In this document: positions 1-12,068 of the stretch, piece after piece
How the letters are laid out: each line of letters starts with the position of its first letter
Numbering within the stretch: position 1 is the stretch's first letter
NCBI GenBank assembly: GCA_013239625.1
Contig: MU053556.1
Span: 1 to 64,000 of the forward strand
DNA: 64,000 bases
Direction of reading: 5' to 3'
From: Lama guanicoe
Taxonomy: Eukaryota
Notes under the pieces: model-generated
Seen by the model: only the letters and a program-made list of their open reading frames with translations
The model's database searches: none
Told to the model about the DNA's origin: nothing
Position numbers and translations under genes: made by a program

Positions 1-241
1 GAACAGGGATTTCTGCAGATTTGCAAGGAGACCCCGACCACTGAGCACGGGCTTACAACCCCACGTGACCCCTGTCGTGTTTGGCTTGGGCTCTGGGTCT
101 GGCCTGATCATGTATTCTTCAAGCTGAGTTCCAGAAACTCAGAGGGTAGACTTAGAGAGGCTGCGTTTGGAACCCGGTGTGGAGACGGAGGGACCTTTAT
201 CCTGAGTCCCCTCAGCCTAATCACTGTAGCTGAGTTCCAAC

Positions 242-294
242 ACCACCCAGGCCCCCAGGGTGGCCGTAACCACCCAGGCCCCCAGGGTGGCCGT
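242..294. repeat. Short exact tandem duplication (26-bp unit, period 27)
   Basis: accacccaggcccccagggtggccgt at 242-267 and 269-294. Confidence 0.9.
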
Positions 295-426
295 GGAGGG
301 AGAGCAAGCCTGGCAGGTGACCCAGGGGTCCCACTGCTGTGCCCCTCCCTTATCTTTGTTCCCTATCACCCCGGAAGGTGTGATTGTCTCATGTCATGGT
401 GACAAGCCATCTCTCTTCTCTGTCAG

Positions 427-1555
427 GTGGGGTCCCCACCCCTGCTCAGTCTTCTCTCTGCATGGATGCTGAAGGACAAGGCTCACTTGAATTTCTGAGC
501 TTGAGCAGTAAGGTGGAAACAAAGAAACCAATGGAAACAAAGAAACAAGTGATTGTGGCAAAGCTCCCCACCACAGAGAAGCTGCCCTGAGTGGAAGGGA
601 GGGTGTGGGCATGCCCATTTGTTTCCTGTCTCCCAGTGCTCTTCACTTTCTTATTGCAGACCTGCATGGTTACAACAAAATGATCTGCAAAACTGAAAAT
701 ATTTACTCTCTGGCTTTTACAGAAAAGGCTGACCAGCCTCTGGTTCCCGGTCAAGTGATTGGAGTACCTTACCAGTTTGGAAACATCTGGGCAGGCCCAG
801 GTTTGCAAAATTCTTTGAGTAGTTACGGAGTTTTGCTTCTAAGCATTTTTATGGCTGTATATTTCTGAGCTGAGGTTGTGCTGTGTAATTCTGAGCCGGG
901 ATTTTCTCAAGCTGTTTCTCATTTCTTATACCGGACACCCCTAAATTCCAAGGGGAATGGGATGTTAAGGAAGCCATGGAGTTTAGGAAAAAGATACAGA
1001 TTTCATTTCCATGTAAGCATCGATGTATCTCCATCCTAGGCAGTATCGGTTCTGTGGTATTGATAGGGGAACTAAATAGCAACCAAATTTATAGAAAATA
1101 GTGGGTCATTGGGTACACAAGTTCTTCTTTTCAACATTTTTGTAATGTTTGCAGTTTAAGATGACCATTCCTGAGAAGCAGGCAGCCTCTTAGAATGAAA
1201 TAGCATTTTCCCTGAACCATACTCAATTTTTATTTTGTAGACAGCAGGAAGGGCAATCACACATCCAACACTTGGGGACCTCAAAGATAAAATGCAACTT
1301 TCTGAGAGCACAGTCCCCCCGTCTCCCTGTGCTCTTTTCACTGTCCCATTGTCCCTGAAGGCTCTTCCGTATCTTCTGCTCATGACTCGAGTAACTCTTC
1401 CTCCTCGTTCCTCAGCTGGTAAGTTTACTTTTCTACTTTGACCAAGCAAACTGAAGCCAACAGAAGAGAACTTTCACCAGCAACTCCCAGCACATCCGCT
1501 TGCCTTCTGATGTCTGTGACCTCACTCTCGCTGCCCCACCTCTTATTACAGGTGA
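427..1555 (+). other. Possible remnant 3-exon chain (427-507, 1361-1418, 1552-) encoding a Ser-rich C-terminal peptide of unknown gene
   Basis: Pyrimidine-tract/AG acceptors (ctcttctctgtcag 426; ccctgaag 1360; tcttattacag 1551) and GT donors (gtaagg 508; gtaagt 1419) are phase-compatible. Joined reading: GGVPTPAQSSLCMDAEGQGSLEFLSLSSSSVSSAHDSSNSSSSFLSW*. No homolog recognised. Confidence 0.3.
655..742. mobile_element. hAT-Charlie MER58-like DNA transposon fragment
   Basis: Reverse complement cagaggctggtcagccttttctgtaaaagccagagagtaaatattttcagttttgcag resembles the MER58 terminus as recalled. Confidence 0.55.
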
Positions 1556-2991
1556 CATCGAAAGCCAGATCATCCAAAAGTCGCCAGGGGGCCCATCCAT
1601 CCAATCTTCTCTGGGCTGTCACTCCCACATCCATCCTCTCTGTCACTACCTCATCTATTTTGTTCTCCTGCTAGTTGGCTCCTATCAGTATATAAAAGCC
1701 CCTCCTCTTAAAAGAAACAAACAGCACTCTTTGACCCTAATTCACCCCCACCGATTGCCAGCCCATGTCTTTGCAGCAAATCTTTAATGAGTAGTTTAAA
1801 CTCACTGTCTGCATATTCTCCTGAGCCATCCCCTTTTGCACCCACTCTGGCTTTTCCCCTGATCCCTCGCTCTATGGAAACTGCTCTGTCAAGGCCATCA
1901 GTGACCCCACGTTGCTAAATATTGTGGTCAGCTTTTAGTCTTCATCATGCGTGGCCCTTTGGCAGCATTTGACCCAGCTCTGCCATCTCTCCTCCCCCGT
2001 GTTCCTGCTTTACTTGGCCTCCAGCCCATCGTTCTGCTTTCGATCCACTGGCTGGTCTTTTGCCAACGTCTCCTCTTTTTTCCAAACATTTACTGTGAAT
2101 GTGCCCCGGAGATGGGTCCTGGGTCTCTCCTCTCTCTCTCTGCTATACCTTTGGTGGAAGCAACCAGACTTGGAAATTGACATGCCATCAATTTCTCGAT
2201 TTGTCCAAAACTCCCTGATTTGTCCTTTCCATTTGGAACTCTCTCCCTGATACTCAAATTCTTTTTCTTTCGTTCATCTTGCTTTCACATTCATACATAT
2301 GTTCTACTGTGTAAATTACTTTTCCAAATTTTGAATCAGTCCATACGTATCATGTAAAATGCTCAGATCTCTATTATTTCCACTAAGATGCTTATTCTAC
2401 CTTAGAACCTTTCTGCATTTCTGTATTTATGTCAATAAAGTGAATAGTATTTCTACAAGCCTCATAGTTAAACAGTGTGTTGGTTTGGGGCTATTATGTA
2501 ACATGAAATAATGATACATCAACATAGTCCTTTTTCATTTAATTTTATGTAGGTTTTATGAGGTTTTTGCACTGAAGACTGGTTTTATTGAAATTTAACC
2601 TACGTTATGGACAGTCAGTTTATGTGAAAGCACTCATTCCTCCCCTTTTCTGATATATTTTCCATTTGGCTATTATAATGTATACCTTGGCATGAAATAA
2701 AATTCCAAACTCATTCACATAATAAAATTAATACATTTAAATTATATTTTTTAATATTAAAAAGAAAGAAAACAAAAAAACCACACTCCTCTACCTATTG
2801 GGCATTTCTGTGGCAATATCTAATAGACTCCTTAACCATGACATTGAAGAACTGAGCTGATTCCAGCCCCTTTCCACCTGCTCAGCCCCATCTTGTCCCA
2901 TCCCCTGTGGATGGAGAGGACATCCATCCCATTTTCCAGGTCCAGATGTTGGAACCATGTTCTTTCTCTCCCTTTCTCTTACACACACACA

Positions 2992-3120
2992 NNNNNNNNN
3001 NNNNNNNNNNNNNNNNNNNNNNNNNNNNNNNNNNNNNNNNNNNNNNNNNNNNNNNNNNNNNNNNNNNNNNNNNNNNNNNNNNNNNNNNNNNNNNNNNNNN
3101 NNNNNNNNNNNNNNNNNNNN
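2992..3120. other. Assembly gap (N run) following a (CA)n tract
   Basis: 129 N. Confidence 0.99.
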
Positions 3121-3165
3121 CTACAATCTCCACAGAGTCAGAGGGAGCCTATAAAAGCATACATT

Positions 3166-3279
3166 GAGGTGGTGGGTGTAGCTCAGTGATAGAGCGCATG
3201 CTTAGCATGCATGAGATCCTGGGTTAAAACCACAGCACCTTCACTAAAATAAATTACCCTCCCCCCCAAAAAACAAAAC
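3166..3279 (+). mobile_element. tRNA-derived SINE (camelid Vic-1-like)
   Basis: gggtgtagctcagtgatagagcgcatgcttagcatgcatgagatcctgggttaaaacc tRNA-like head with A/B boxes, A-rich tail, degenerate TSD aaaagcatacatt / aaaagcaaaaatt. Confidence 0.8.
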
Positions 3280-6200
3280 AAAAGCAAAAATTGGACATCA
3301 CCATCCCATCAAAACTCACTAAAAGGGTCACCATTTCTTTAGGAGCCAAAGTCGTCCCAAAGTCTTCCAGGATCCGGCATGCTCTGCCTCTCCATCCACA
3401 CTCTCCCCATCACTCTGGGGGCCTCTTGCTCCGGCTCTTCCTTCTTCCTCCGGATCTATTCTGCTTCAAGTTCATTACTCCGTGAGATCTGCCAGGATTG
3501 CCTTTTTCCCTCCTGCCTGCCTCCCACCCCACCAGCATCACCTGAGCTTGCTCATATCACTCTTATTTTTCCCCAAGCTCTTGCTACCGCCAACATGCTG
3601 CCTGTTTCCTCTGCTAAAACTCTGAGTCCCCAGTGATGAGGAATCGTGTCTATTTTGTTGACTAATAAAGCCCAAGACCCTTGGGAATGGGTATAGTTAC
3701 TAGATTCCCATATGTAGTAGGAGCTTATACAGATTTGCTGAATGAATGCAGAGGTCCTGGTCCAATCCGATGGAGCACTTCGGTTTCCTGCTCAAAAAAT
3801 AACTCTCCTTTCCTCCTGAGAGGGGATGACCACTTCCTTGGTGATCAAAGGCAAGATCTATTTTCTTTATGCTGTTAAGCTTAGGTGGGGAGACTGGGGG
3901 ATCTTCATTTATATTTTAAAATTTGATTCACTCTGCAGTTTGTCTTCTGTCTATGTATCCTTTTGAGAAACCATTTATGAGTGATCATTCTTCCATCAGA
4001 CTGAACAGGATCCAGGGGTAAGTACCAAGCCTGTCCCATCGGCCATCCTGTGTGTCATGTCCTGTGACCCAGTGGATGCTCAGCACGTAAGTGAACCGAC
4101 AGGAGTGAGTGAAGAGATGGGAGCATCTCATTATTGTGGTGGCTGCACTCTGTCCGATGCCTTGAGGTTTGGGGAACGGTTTACAAGTGCGGAGGTGTGA
4201 GGGCAGGGCCCGTGTGCTCTTCCTGAGTGCCCTGGCCTTACCCATTCCCCCATCCCCCTCTGGGCAGCTAAGCCCAGGAGCTGGGCCACCGACAATTGTG
4301 CTGATCAATAATCCAACTCACCCAAAGTCAGGGGGTAGGAGGGACAGCACAACTGGTTGTAGACTCTGGAGTCTGGTCCTTGGAGGAATTCCTCACTGAA
4401 CCATGTTTTGGACCTTATATTTTTCTCTATAGCCTCCAGCTGAAGAAACAGTTAGCCTTAGATACATGAAAGTTGAGGACACCTACTATCCCCATGGAGC
4501 CCAGGTGGGGCTGGGAGTCTGCTGTTTGTACAGCCGGTGGGCTCGTGTTGCTTTGGGCATCCCTGTGCCTGAATTCCTGCTGTACACTCGGTGGTAAGAC
4601 CGGGGGTGCCTGGCAGGGAGGGAAGCGGGTCGGGAGACTGCACAGCTGGGGTGATGTTAACCTGGGGTGAGCGGGAGCCTGCTGATGCATGGAATCTCGG
4701 TGCAGGGAACTCTCCACACTCAGAGGGGTTCCGACTCCAGCAGGGGCCCTTTGATCAGGGTGCTGGGCTGTCAGGGGACCGCAGGGGTCCCAGACAGGCA
4801 GCGGGAAGTGAGGGGTCCAGTGGCACTTAAATTAACTGTGCACCCGAAGCCAACCCCCGTGTCTTTCAGCCTGTTTCCTAATCTGCAAAACTGGAATGAT
4901 GTTAACCATCCAGCAGGTTCGTTGATGGGCTGGGACACACTAGACAGCCAGGGGCTGGAATTCCTCTGTCCCAATTGTTTTCCTTCCTTCCCACTATTTG
5001 CTCTCACAAGCTCAGTCTCTTTGTCTCTCTCTCATTCACTTGTAACTTTCCCTCCTGCTCTGGTTTCATTAGATTCCCACCCTCCTCCCAATCCCCAGAT
5101 GAGTGAAATTAATTTCTGTATGTCAGTTCCAAATTCCCGGGAAAGATGCTCTGTCCCCTCTGGATTGGTTGTCCAACCCATCAGTTGCAGCCAGAGGAGT
5201 GAGTCCCACTGTGACCAGTGGAGGGGCTGTGGAGGGGCTCTGCCCAGCCCCCCAGCCACCACTGTGGGAGCACATAGCTCTCCGAGGAGGAGGTACTGGC
5301 TGTGACTTGGTGTCACTAAGTTTGAATTTATGTCTCCTCTTGCCCCACCTTCATCCTCCTAAACAAAGATGAAAATTAAACACTCCCGAGATTTGTGTCA
5401 TGGAACACTCAGGGTGGGGGCTAAGAGGGCTGGATTCCCTGCTGAGTGTAAGGGGCTACAGTGAATCCCCAACGAGAGCCTGTAAAGGGAACAGCACCTG
5501 CCCCACCGGACACTTAGGGCACTGAGTCTGCGTGACATTGAGCCAGGCTTCTGACCACAGCTCAGGGGTCTGGTCCGACCGGTTAGTCTTTGAAACCAAC
5601 CAGCTTTGGATTCCTCAATCCCTCCCTGTGGTTTTACCTGAACTACCAGCTTCTGTATCTCTGAAGACAGATGCTGAGGACCCTTCACGTAAGCCGTTCG
5701 CACAGCCCTGTGCAGGCCTTTGTGCTGCACGGTCTGCCCGGCGAGCTGACCGAGGTTGGTATTTTACTGATCTTAGAAATAGTCTGGTTTCCTGATGCAC
5801 TGTTTCACTGAACAAGCAACAGAAGCCACCTCTGGCTGATAAAAGCAAAAAAGGGACTTAATGAAAAGATACTGTTAGGGTGCAGGGAGTGGCCCGGACC
5901 AGAGCTGACCTGGGGGCCGTAGGAGATGTTGGGGAGCCCCAGGCACCAGGCTGGGCAGGGTGCTACCGGGCCCCCTGCTGCTCCAGCAGGGACCCCCGCT
6001 CCTGACACTCCACCTCACTGCAGGTTCATGTCCCGGCAGGGCCAGGTCACACTGAAGCCACCAGCACACACCTCAATGGGGGAGTTGGCCCCGTCTCAGC
6101 TGAGAGCGTGCCTGGTGTGGGGAGAGGCCCAGTTAGAGGAAGGCAGTTCCCCTACTGTTCCGAGTAAACGCGCAAGTCAGTGCCCATCCCTCAGGAGAGC

Positions 6201-6439
6201 CAGGCTGGTCTGACCTCATTGAGGTGACTAGGACGTCTGAGTTCACTTATTACTTTTTAGGTTGGAAGGCCCAAGAGGGAGAAGTGGAGGTTCTAGTACT
6301 TATTTTATATTTCCCATGTACCAGGTATAGTAAGCAAGCCACTTCAGACAAGGCCCAGAACAACCACGTAAACAGTCCACGGAGCAAGTCGTGCAGTCAG
6401 GCCTCTGCAGTCCCGAAAGCCGTGTCCTCATCAGCTCCG

Positions 6440-7280
6440 TAGTTACCAGTGGAAGTTGTAGGGATTTAGGGGACTGTGTGCTCCTGTAGGGGCTGGGATG
6501 TGTGTGTTTAAATCCACATCTTCAGAAACTCGGCTAGAACCACAGCCACTGATTGTCTGCATGGAGGCAGAGGAGGGGAGGCTTCCAGCCTCTGGTCCAG
6601 CTTGTGAGGAGCTCAGAAGTTGCTCCTTCTGTCCTGAAAACAATACCAGAGCTGAGGGAGCTGAAAACCCACTGGTCTTCTTAGATCCACAAGAAAACTG
6701 AGGGGGAAAGCTTCTCCCAACCCAGAGAGGCAGCCGGGCAGGCTTGGAGAGTCACAGTTCCCAGGGCAGAACCCGCTTTTGTAAGATCCCCGGGGGTAGG
6801 CAGATTTAGCAGGTCCCTGAGGCCAGCTGGAGGCTCAGCGTGGGGAAGTCTGAGTGTGACAACTCCAGGGGGCCAGTCAGAGGGGCCCCCTGTTCTTTTT
6901 CATGCATTTTACTTCCAGGACCATACCCTGTTCTCAGAGTGAAGATCATAGGAAAACTCCTCATGCTTCCTGCCAGGAAAGGAAAAAATAGCTCTATTGA
7001 AATACACCCAGAACATTCTTTTCCATTGTGGGGGGTTGTGTTTTGTTTTATGTTTTGTTTTGAGAAGTTATTTTACCGGAGCCTAACCTACCTGGGAGAA
7101 GGGAAATATCTTCTGTGTCACCCAAATTGGGGTGGGTGGAAAGAGACACACTTGTGGAGGTCACAGCTCAGGGCACAGGCTCAATGAGAACCAATCACAG
7201 GACTACAGATGCCGTAATCTTTCCCGCTCCCCCAACACCTTACCTCCATGTCAGTAGGGCCCCTGTGTAATAACAGGAAT
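6440..7280 (+). mobile_element. Old L1 (L1M-type) 5'-end fragment
   Basis: Motifs such as cacttgtggaggtcacagctcagggcacaggctc and cccccaacaccttacctccatgtcagtagggc resemble ancient L1M 5' UTR consensus as recalled. Confidence 0.45.
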
Positions 7281-8129
7281 AAAATTAAAAGAAGTAAATG
7301 TCTCAGGAGTGTCTAGGGAAAACCCAAAGACAGCGGGGAGATGAAAACAAGGACCCACAGGCGGCTTTAGCCTCTCGCATGAATAGCTGTAGCAAACTAC
7401 ACACAGCCCAGCCTCAGTAGATAAACAGAATTCCTCACAGAAGAAACTATTTATTTTGGTTCTCCTACCCAATGCATTCCATGGTGCATCCTCGCCTAGA
7501 ATTGCGTGGAAGCAAGTCCATCTCAGAAGGGACATAACTGAAGAGGAAAGGCTTTCCAGACTCTGAAGGGCAAAGAAAGCACCAGCCTGGGTTAGAGAAA
7601 GGTGAGGGGTTGGGTAGGGGGTGGGCTGCCTTCTTCCCCAAATAAGGAACCTTCCTGAGGCTAGCACAGTGGGAGGGAGGGCCATGGGGTGGAAGCAGCC
7701 AGACTTCTTCCTGAGAACTGATAGGATGCCTCCAAGGGAACATTCAGGTGCCCAAACTGGGTCCTGAGGGTGGGAGCCAGTCGGTCTGCCTCAGAGCCCA
7801 GGACTGAGTTGGGCACACAGCAGGCCGGTCTTACTTGGCCGGATCCATTTCACTTCTCCGAAGCCCTGTGTAAAACATGAAGCGTGGACGGCCTGGTGAG
7901 CACAGCTCTGCCCTCAATAGCAGTTTCAACTCCTCTCTTCCCAGAGAACAGCATATCTGAGCCCGTCCTGGGTGACCTCACAGAGATCACCCTAGTGGCC
8001 CAGGTTAGTGACCGGGAACATGTACCTTTCTGCAGCCAACCCCAGACGTCCACTGATGCATCATATACTGGCAAAGAGTGAGTCCCTGTGCATTGGTCTA
8101 ACAGCAGAGACTCTGCCACAGGCCCAAGA

Positions 8130-8290
8130 GGTGGTGTGTGGGGCATGCAGGGGTGTAGGAGTGTACGCAGTGCAAAGGTGTAAGTGGTGGAAGGGTGCAG
8201 GGGCTGTGGAGGGTGCAGGCAGTTCAGGGGATGCGGGGGTGCAGGCAGTGCAGAAGTGCAGAGAGTGGCAGGGGTGCAGGGAGGTTCTCA
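8130..8290. repeat. G-rich degenerate simple repeat (GGGTGCAG-like units)
   Basis: Repeated ggtgcag/ggggtgcagg/agtgcag units. Confidence 0.7.
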
Positions 8291-8324
8291 GGCACGTGGC
8301 CAGGATCAGAAGGCAAGTGCACAT

Positions 8325-10275
8325 CCTCGAAGTCAGCCTGACCCCGGGAGGCTAGTGCAATGGTTTGGGGCGGCGGCAGGTGGGAGGCTGCCCGGGCAAG
8401 CCGGTCGATTTCTTCTCTTCCCTGCAGCCTGGACTGGGGGGGCCTTGGCCGCCGGAGATTCGCCAGATGTTGGACTCCAAGTAAGCTTGCTCCTGGGAGG
8501 TGGGGCGGTTAGGTCAGCGGGCGGCGGCAGCGGCAGAGGGGCGGAGCGCGGCTGCCCCTGGCGAACTGGTGGAATAGCTGCCTTGTCCCGGCTGCCGGGC
8601 CTGGGAGCGGCCTCTGCTGCCCCAGGTCGCCGGACACACCTGTCCCACTCAGCTTGCTGAGTGGGGAGTGGAGGCGGTGTCGTTAAGGTGCGGGGCCCAC
8701 GTTGGTAGGGGGGCTGCCGCGGGGGAGCCGGTCAATTCGCTCCGGTCTCCCCCGCGGTGGAGTCTAGGAGCGGCCTCCGCTGCCCTAGAGGCGGGACGCC
8801 GGCCTCCAGGTGAGCTTGCTCGTGGGAGGCGGCGGCGGCGGCGGCGGCGCCAGGGGGAGGGGGGCCGTTCCAGGGAGCTCTGCTCTATTTCTTCTCTCCC
8901 TCGAGGCCTGGCCTGGGGGCGACCTCTGCCGCCGGAGATTTGCCTGAGGTCTGACTCCAGGTGAGCTTGCTCCTGGGAGATGGGTGCGGTGCGGTCAGGG
9001 AGCTGGTAAGTTGGTGGCTGCGGGGATAGGGAGGCTGCCCCGGGGTAGCTTGTGGATTAGCTCCATGTCTGCACCGTGTTGCCTGCAGGCGGCCTCTGCT
9101 GCCCCAGGTTCCGGGACACCCCTGTCCCACTTAGCCAACTGGGGGCGGGAGGCAGGGTAGTCAGGGTGCAGGGGTGGCGGGGGTCGGGGGCCTGCAGCGG
9201 GGAAGCGGGCCCATTTGCTCCCATCTTCCCCGCGGCTTGTCCTGGGGGCGGTCTCTGTTGCCCTGGGTTACGGGACACGTGTATCCTAGTCAGCCTGACC
9301 CCGGGAGGCGGGCGTGGTACGTTGTGCGTGGTGGCAGCAGCGGCGGGTTTTCCCATGAAGCCGGTCCATTTGCTCCCATTTCCCCTCATGGTTTGCCCTG
9401 GGGGCGGTCCCTGTTGCCCCAAGTTCGCCGGAAGTCCATCTCCAGGTCAGCCTGCTCCCTAGAGGAGGCCACAGTGAGGTCAGGGGCAGGAGCGGTGGCT
9501 GATGCGGGGGGATGGGGATGCCTTGGGGAGTTGGTGGATTGGCTCCCGTCTCCCCGATGGCCTGGTGTGGGAGTGGCCTTTCCTGCCCCAGATCAGCAGA
9601 CACACCTGTCCCATTCAGCCTGCTGGGTTGGGGCGCCCTGGGCGGTGCCTTTAAGGTGCGAGGGTGGCGACGGCTGGGGTAGAGGACCTGCAGCGCGGAG
9701 CTTGTCAATTAGCTCCCCTCTTCCCCACGGCCAATCCTGGGGGCGTCCTCTGCTGCCCAAGAAGCCGGATGCCCGTCTCCAGGTCAGCTTGCTCCTGGGA
9801 GGCGGACGCGATGAGGTCGACGGGCAGAGGCAGCTGCGACGGCCGGCTGCCCCGCCTAATGGGGCCACTTCTCCTTTCCCCTGACCTGGCCTGGGGAGGG
9901 CCTCTCCCGCCCAAGATTCACCTGACACACCACACCAGGTCAGGTTGCTCATGAGAGGTGGGCGCGGTGAGATCAGGGGGTGGAGAGGAGAGGGGTGCTG
10001 CCTATTGCGAGCTGGAGGATAAGCTCCCTTCTCTCTGGAGGCCTGACGTGGGGGCAGCCTCTGTTGCCCCAGGTCGCAAAGCACAGTTTCCCTGACAGCT
10101 TAGCCACCGGAGGTGGGCAGGATGTGCTGAGGGGTCGGAGGCAGCCACCAAGGCAGCGACGGAGGGTGCTGTCCCAGGCCAGCTGGTCTATTTGTTCCCA
10201 TCTCTACCTTTGCTGCCCTAGTTTCGCAGGACGTCCTTCTCCAGTTTATCATTCTCCTGGGAGGTGGGTGCAGTG
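8325..10275. repeat. GC/CpG-rich degenerate tandem array, ~12.5 monomers of ~160 bp with 3-mer (~480 bp) and 6-mer (~965 bp) higher-order periodicity
   Basis: Anchor motif ctccag-gt(g/c)agcttgctcctgggagg recurs at 8332, 8481, 8648, 8810, 8961, 9130, 9289, 9446, 9614, 9783, 9939, 10094, 10245. A second motif, ctgggggcggcctctgctgccccagg, lies near the end of each monomer. Confidence 0.85.
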
Positions 10276-12068
10276 CATGCAGCCCAAGGTCTGGGCTCTC
10301 CTCTGGGGAGGGGAAGAACTCTCTTGTTCTCCTTTGTCTTTATTCTTCAGCGAAGGGGTTACTTGACCCAATTCTTAATCCTGAGAAAGTGTAGCCTGTG
10401 TTACAGAAGAGCTGATGGACAGTGTGGTTTTTATCAGCTGATGCTCAAGGCAGGCAGGAAAGCTATTACTCAGAGCTTCTTAGTGTGGAGTTGGGGGATG
10501 GCCCCACTGTCCTCACCATACTTTTTAAAAATGTGTTTCTCCCCTCTTTTTCCTAGGTGACATTTTAGGTTATTGGGTCACAGATTGCTGGCACACTCAT
10601 CCCTGTTCTCAAACATCTTTTAAACTTGGGTGAAGTGATAAGTAGGGGAAGAAGATGATTTACTGAATGGTAACAATACTTAAATTTGCATTAAAGCTAA
10701 ATTCTGTCAATCTTTCTCAAATGATTTTCCTCGGATTCAAAATCCACGACCTAGTGAATGTTGTACTCCTGTGTAAATCATTGATCTTCACATCACATTT
10801 GTTAAATGGTCAATGAGATTTGTTAAGTAGATTATTCCTGAAAGAACAAGCTCAGGCTTTTGAGAATTCCTTGTTTGATGTCACCCAGGCAGTCACAGTA
10901 GAAGACAGAGCTGATATAAAAAATCCCTCAGCTGCCTGAACTGCAAAGCTTCTGGGATTACTGATCCCTGAAATGCAGGTGACTTTTGATGATATTCTGG
11001 GGGATGGTTTACATGATCAGATTGTTCCAGTCCTGTAAATGGGTTCCGTGGCCCCAGCCCCGGGAGAACTGGTCATAAAGGCCATATCGTGAGGGGTGGG
11101 ATGGGAAGGCAAGGTGTAAGAGCTGGAATCACTGAGATTCCACACTCGCTAAACACAGACTCCAGAGCCTAATTGTTGTCAGGTTCTGTTCTGGATTTGA
11201 GAGTGTGTTCAGACATGATTCTTGCCCTTCAGGAGTCACTGCCTGGGTGGAAGTAACCTTTACACAAATCTGGGAAGGATGGCAATTAAGTAGATGGGCT
11301 GTTATGGTTCTCAGTGTGCCCAGGCTCCCTCTTCAGGCACTCGTGGGACTAACGAGAGTCATGTTATTCACTCATTCACTGATTTATGGCCCTTGAATTG
11401 ATCATTTGTCCCATAGTAAGTGAAACAAGGGATCAGGGACCTGAGATTTGTCCCCTCTCCTATCACTGATTGTATCTGTCAGTCGGGCGCCCTGCGTATG
11501 CATTGTGAAGTGGTGGCATTTATTGCCCAGTGGGGCTGCACTGTCAGTTCTGAGAATCAGGGGAGTCTCGTGGGTAGGACAGCACCCTGACACACATGAC
11601 ACCCCCCCACCCCGTGAGACAGCATTTTCGATGCTCAGGTGACCCGATGTAGACGGCGGTGTTAAACCTGAGCGTGTTTAGTGATCTTGCTGGCTCTGAA
11701 AATACAGACTACCGGTCCCTACCTCTGGAGACGCTGAGTGTCTGTACCCCAGAATTCTGCATTTTAAGAGGCACTTTAACTAATTCTGATGAAGATGATC
11801 TGAGTGTCCCATTGAGAAACAGTGTTGTGCGATACAACAATATTGAAGATTCTCAGGGAAAGATGTCTTTTCAGGATGGTCCAAGGGCCCTCACTTGAGA
11901 CTTTTGCCTTGGGTTTAATTGTATGTGTTCAGAAGTGATGTCTCTCACTTCCTTTGCTTGTAAGCGTGCTCTGTGCAGGGACTTGCACTCAGTAGATGGC
12001 AAAAACTATGATTCTTCAGGTCACTGAGCTAGAGTGTGAGCGATCTTTTATTTTGGTTTTCTTTATAG

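Larger units (their letters stand above)
1790..3750 (+). mobile_element. Ancient L2 LINE fragments (RT region and 3' end), interrupted by younger insertions and a gap
   Basis: ggaaactgctctgtcaaggccatcagtgacc...gcagcatttgac resembles L2 RT (ETAL.K..ND...AAFD); typical L2 3' tail ttgctgaatgaatg at ~3735-3748. Confidence 0.65.

Noticed and set aside
3166..3245. tRNA-like sequence (also at ~30630, ~36400, ~42520)
   Set aside because: A-rich tails and TSD-like flanks show these are SINEs, not tRNA genes
8325..10275. CRISPR-like repeat-spacer interpretation of the array
   Set aside because: Eukaryotic context, no cas genes, repeats are degenerate and the inter-anchor sequences are homologous to each other rather than unique spacers
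8184..10366. Long GC-rich ORFs (e.g. 9174-9884, 236 aa) with repeated WGRPLLP/GGLCCP motifs
   Set aside because: They are by-products of the ~160-bp DNA repeat. Monomer lengths are mostly not multiples of 3, so the motifs switch frames, and high GC suppresses stops.
10730..11040. Semi-open reading frame GFKIHDLVNVVLLCK...LLIPEMQ
   Set aside because: Contains stops on both strands and I recognise no homolog; insufficient support
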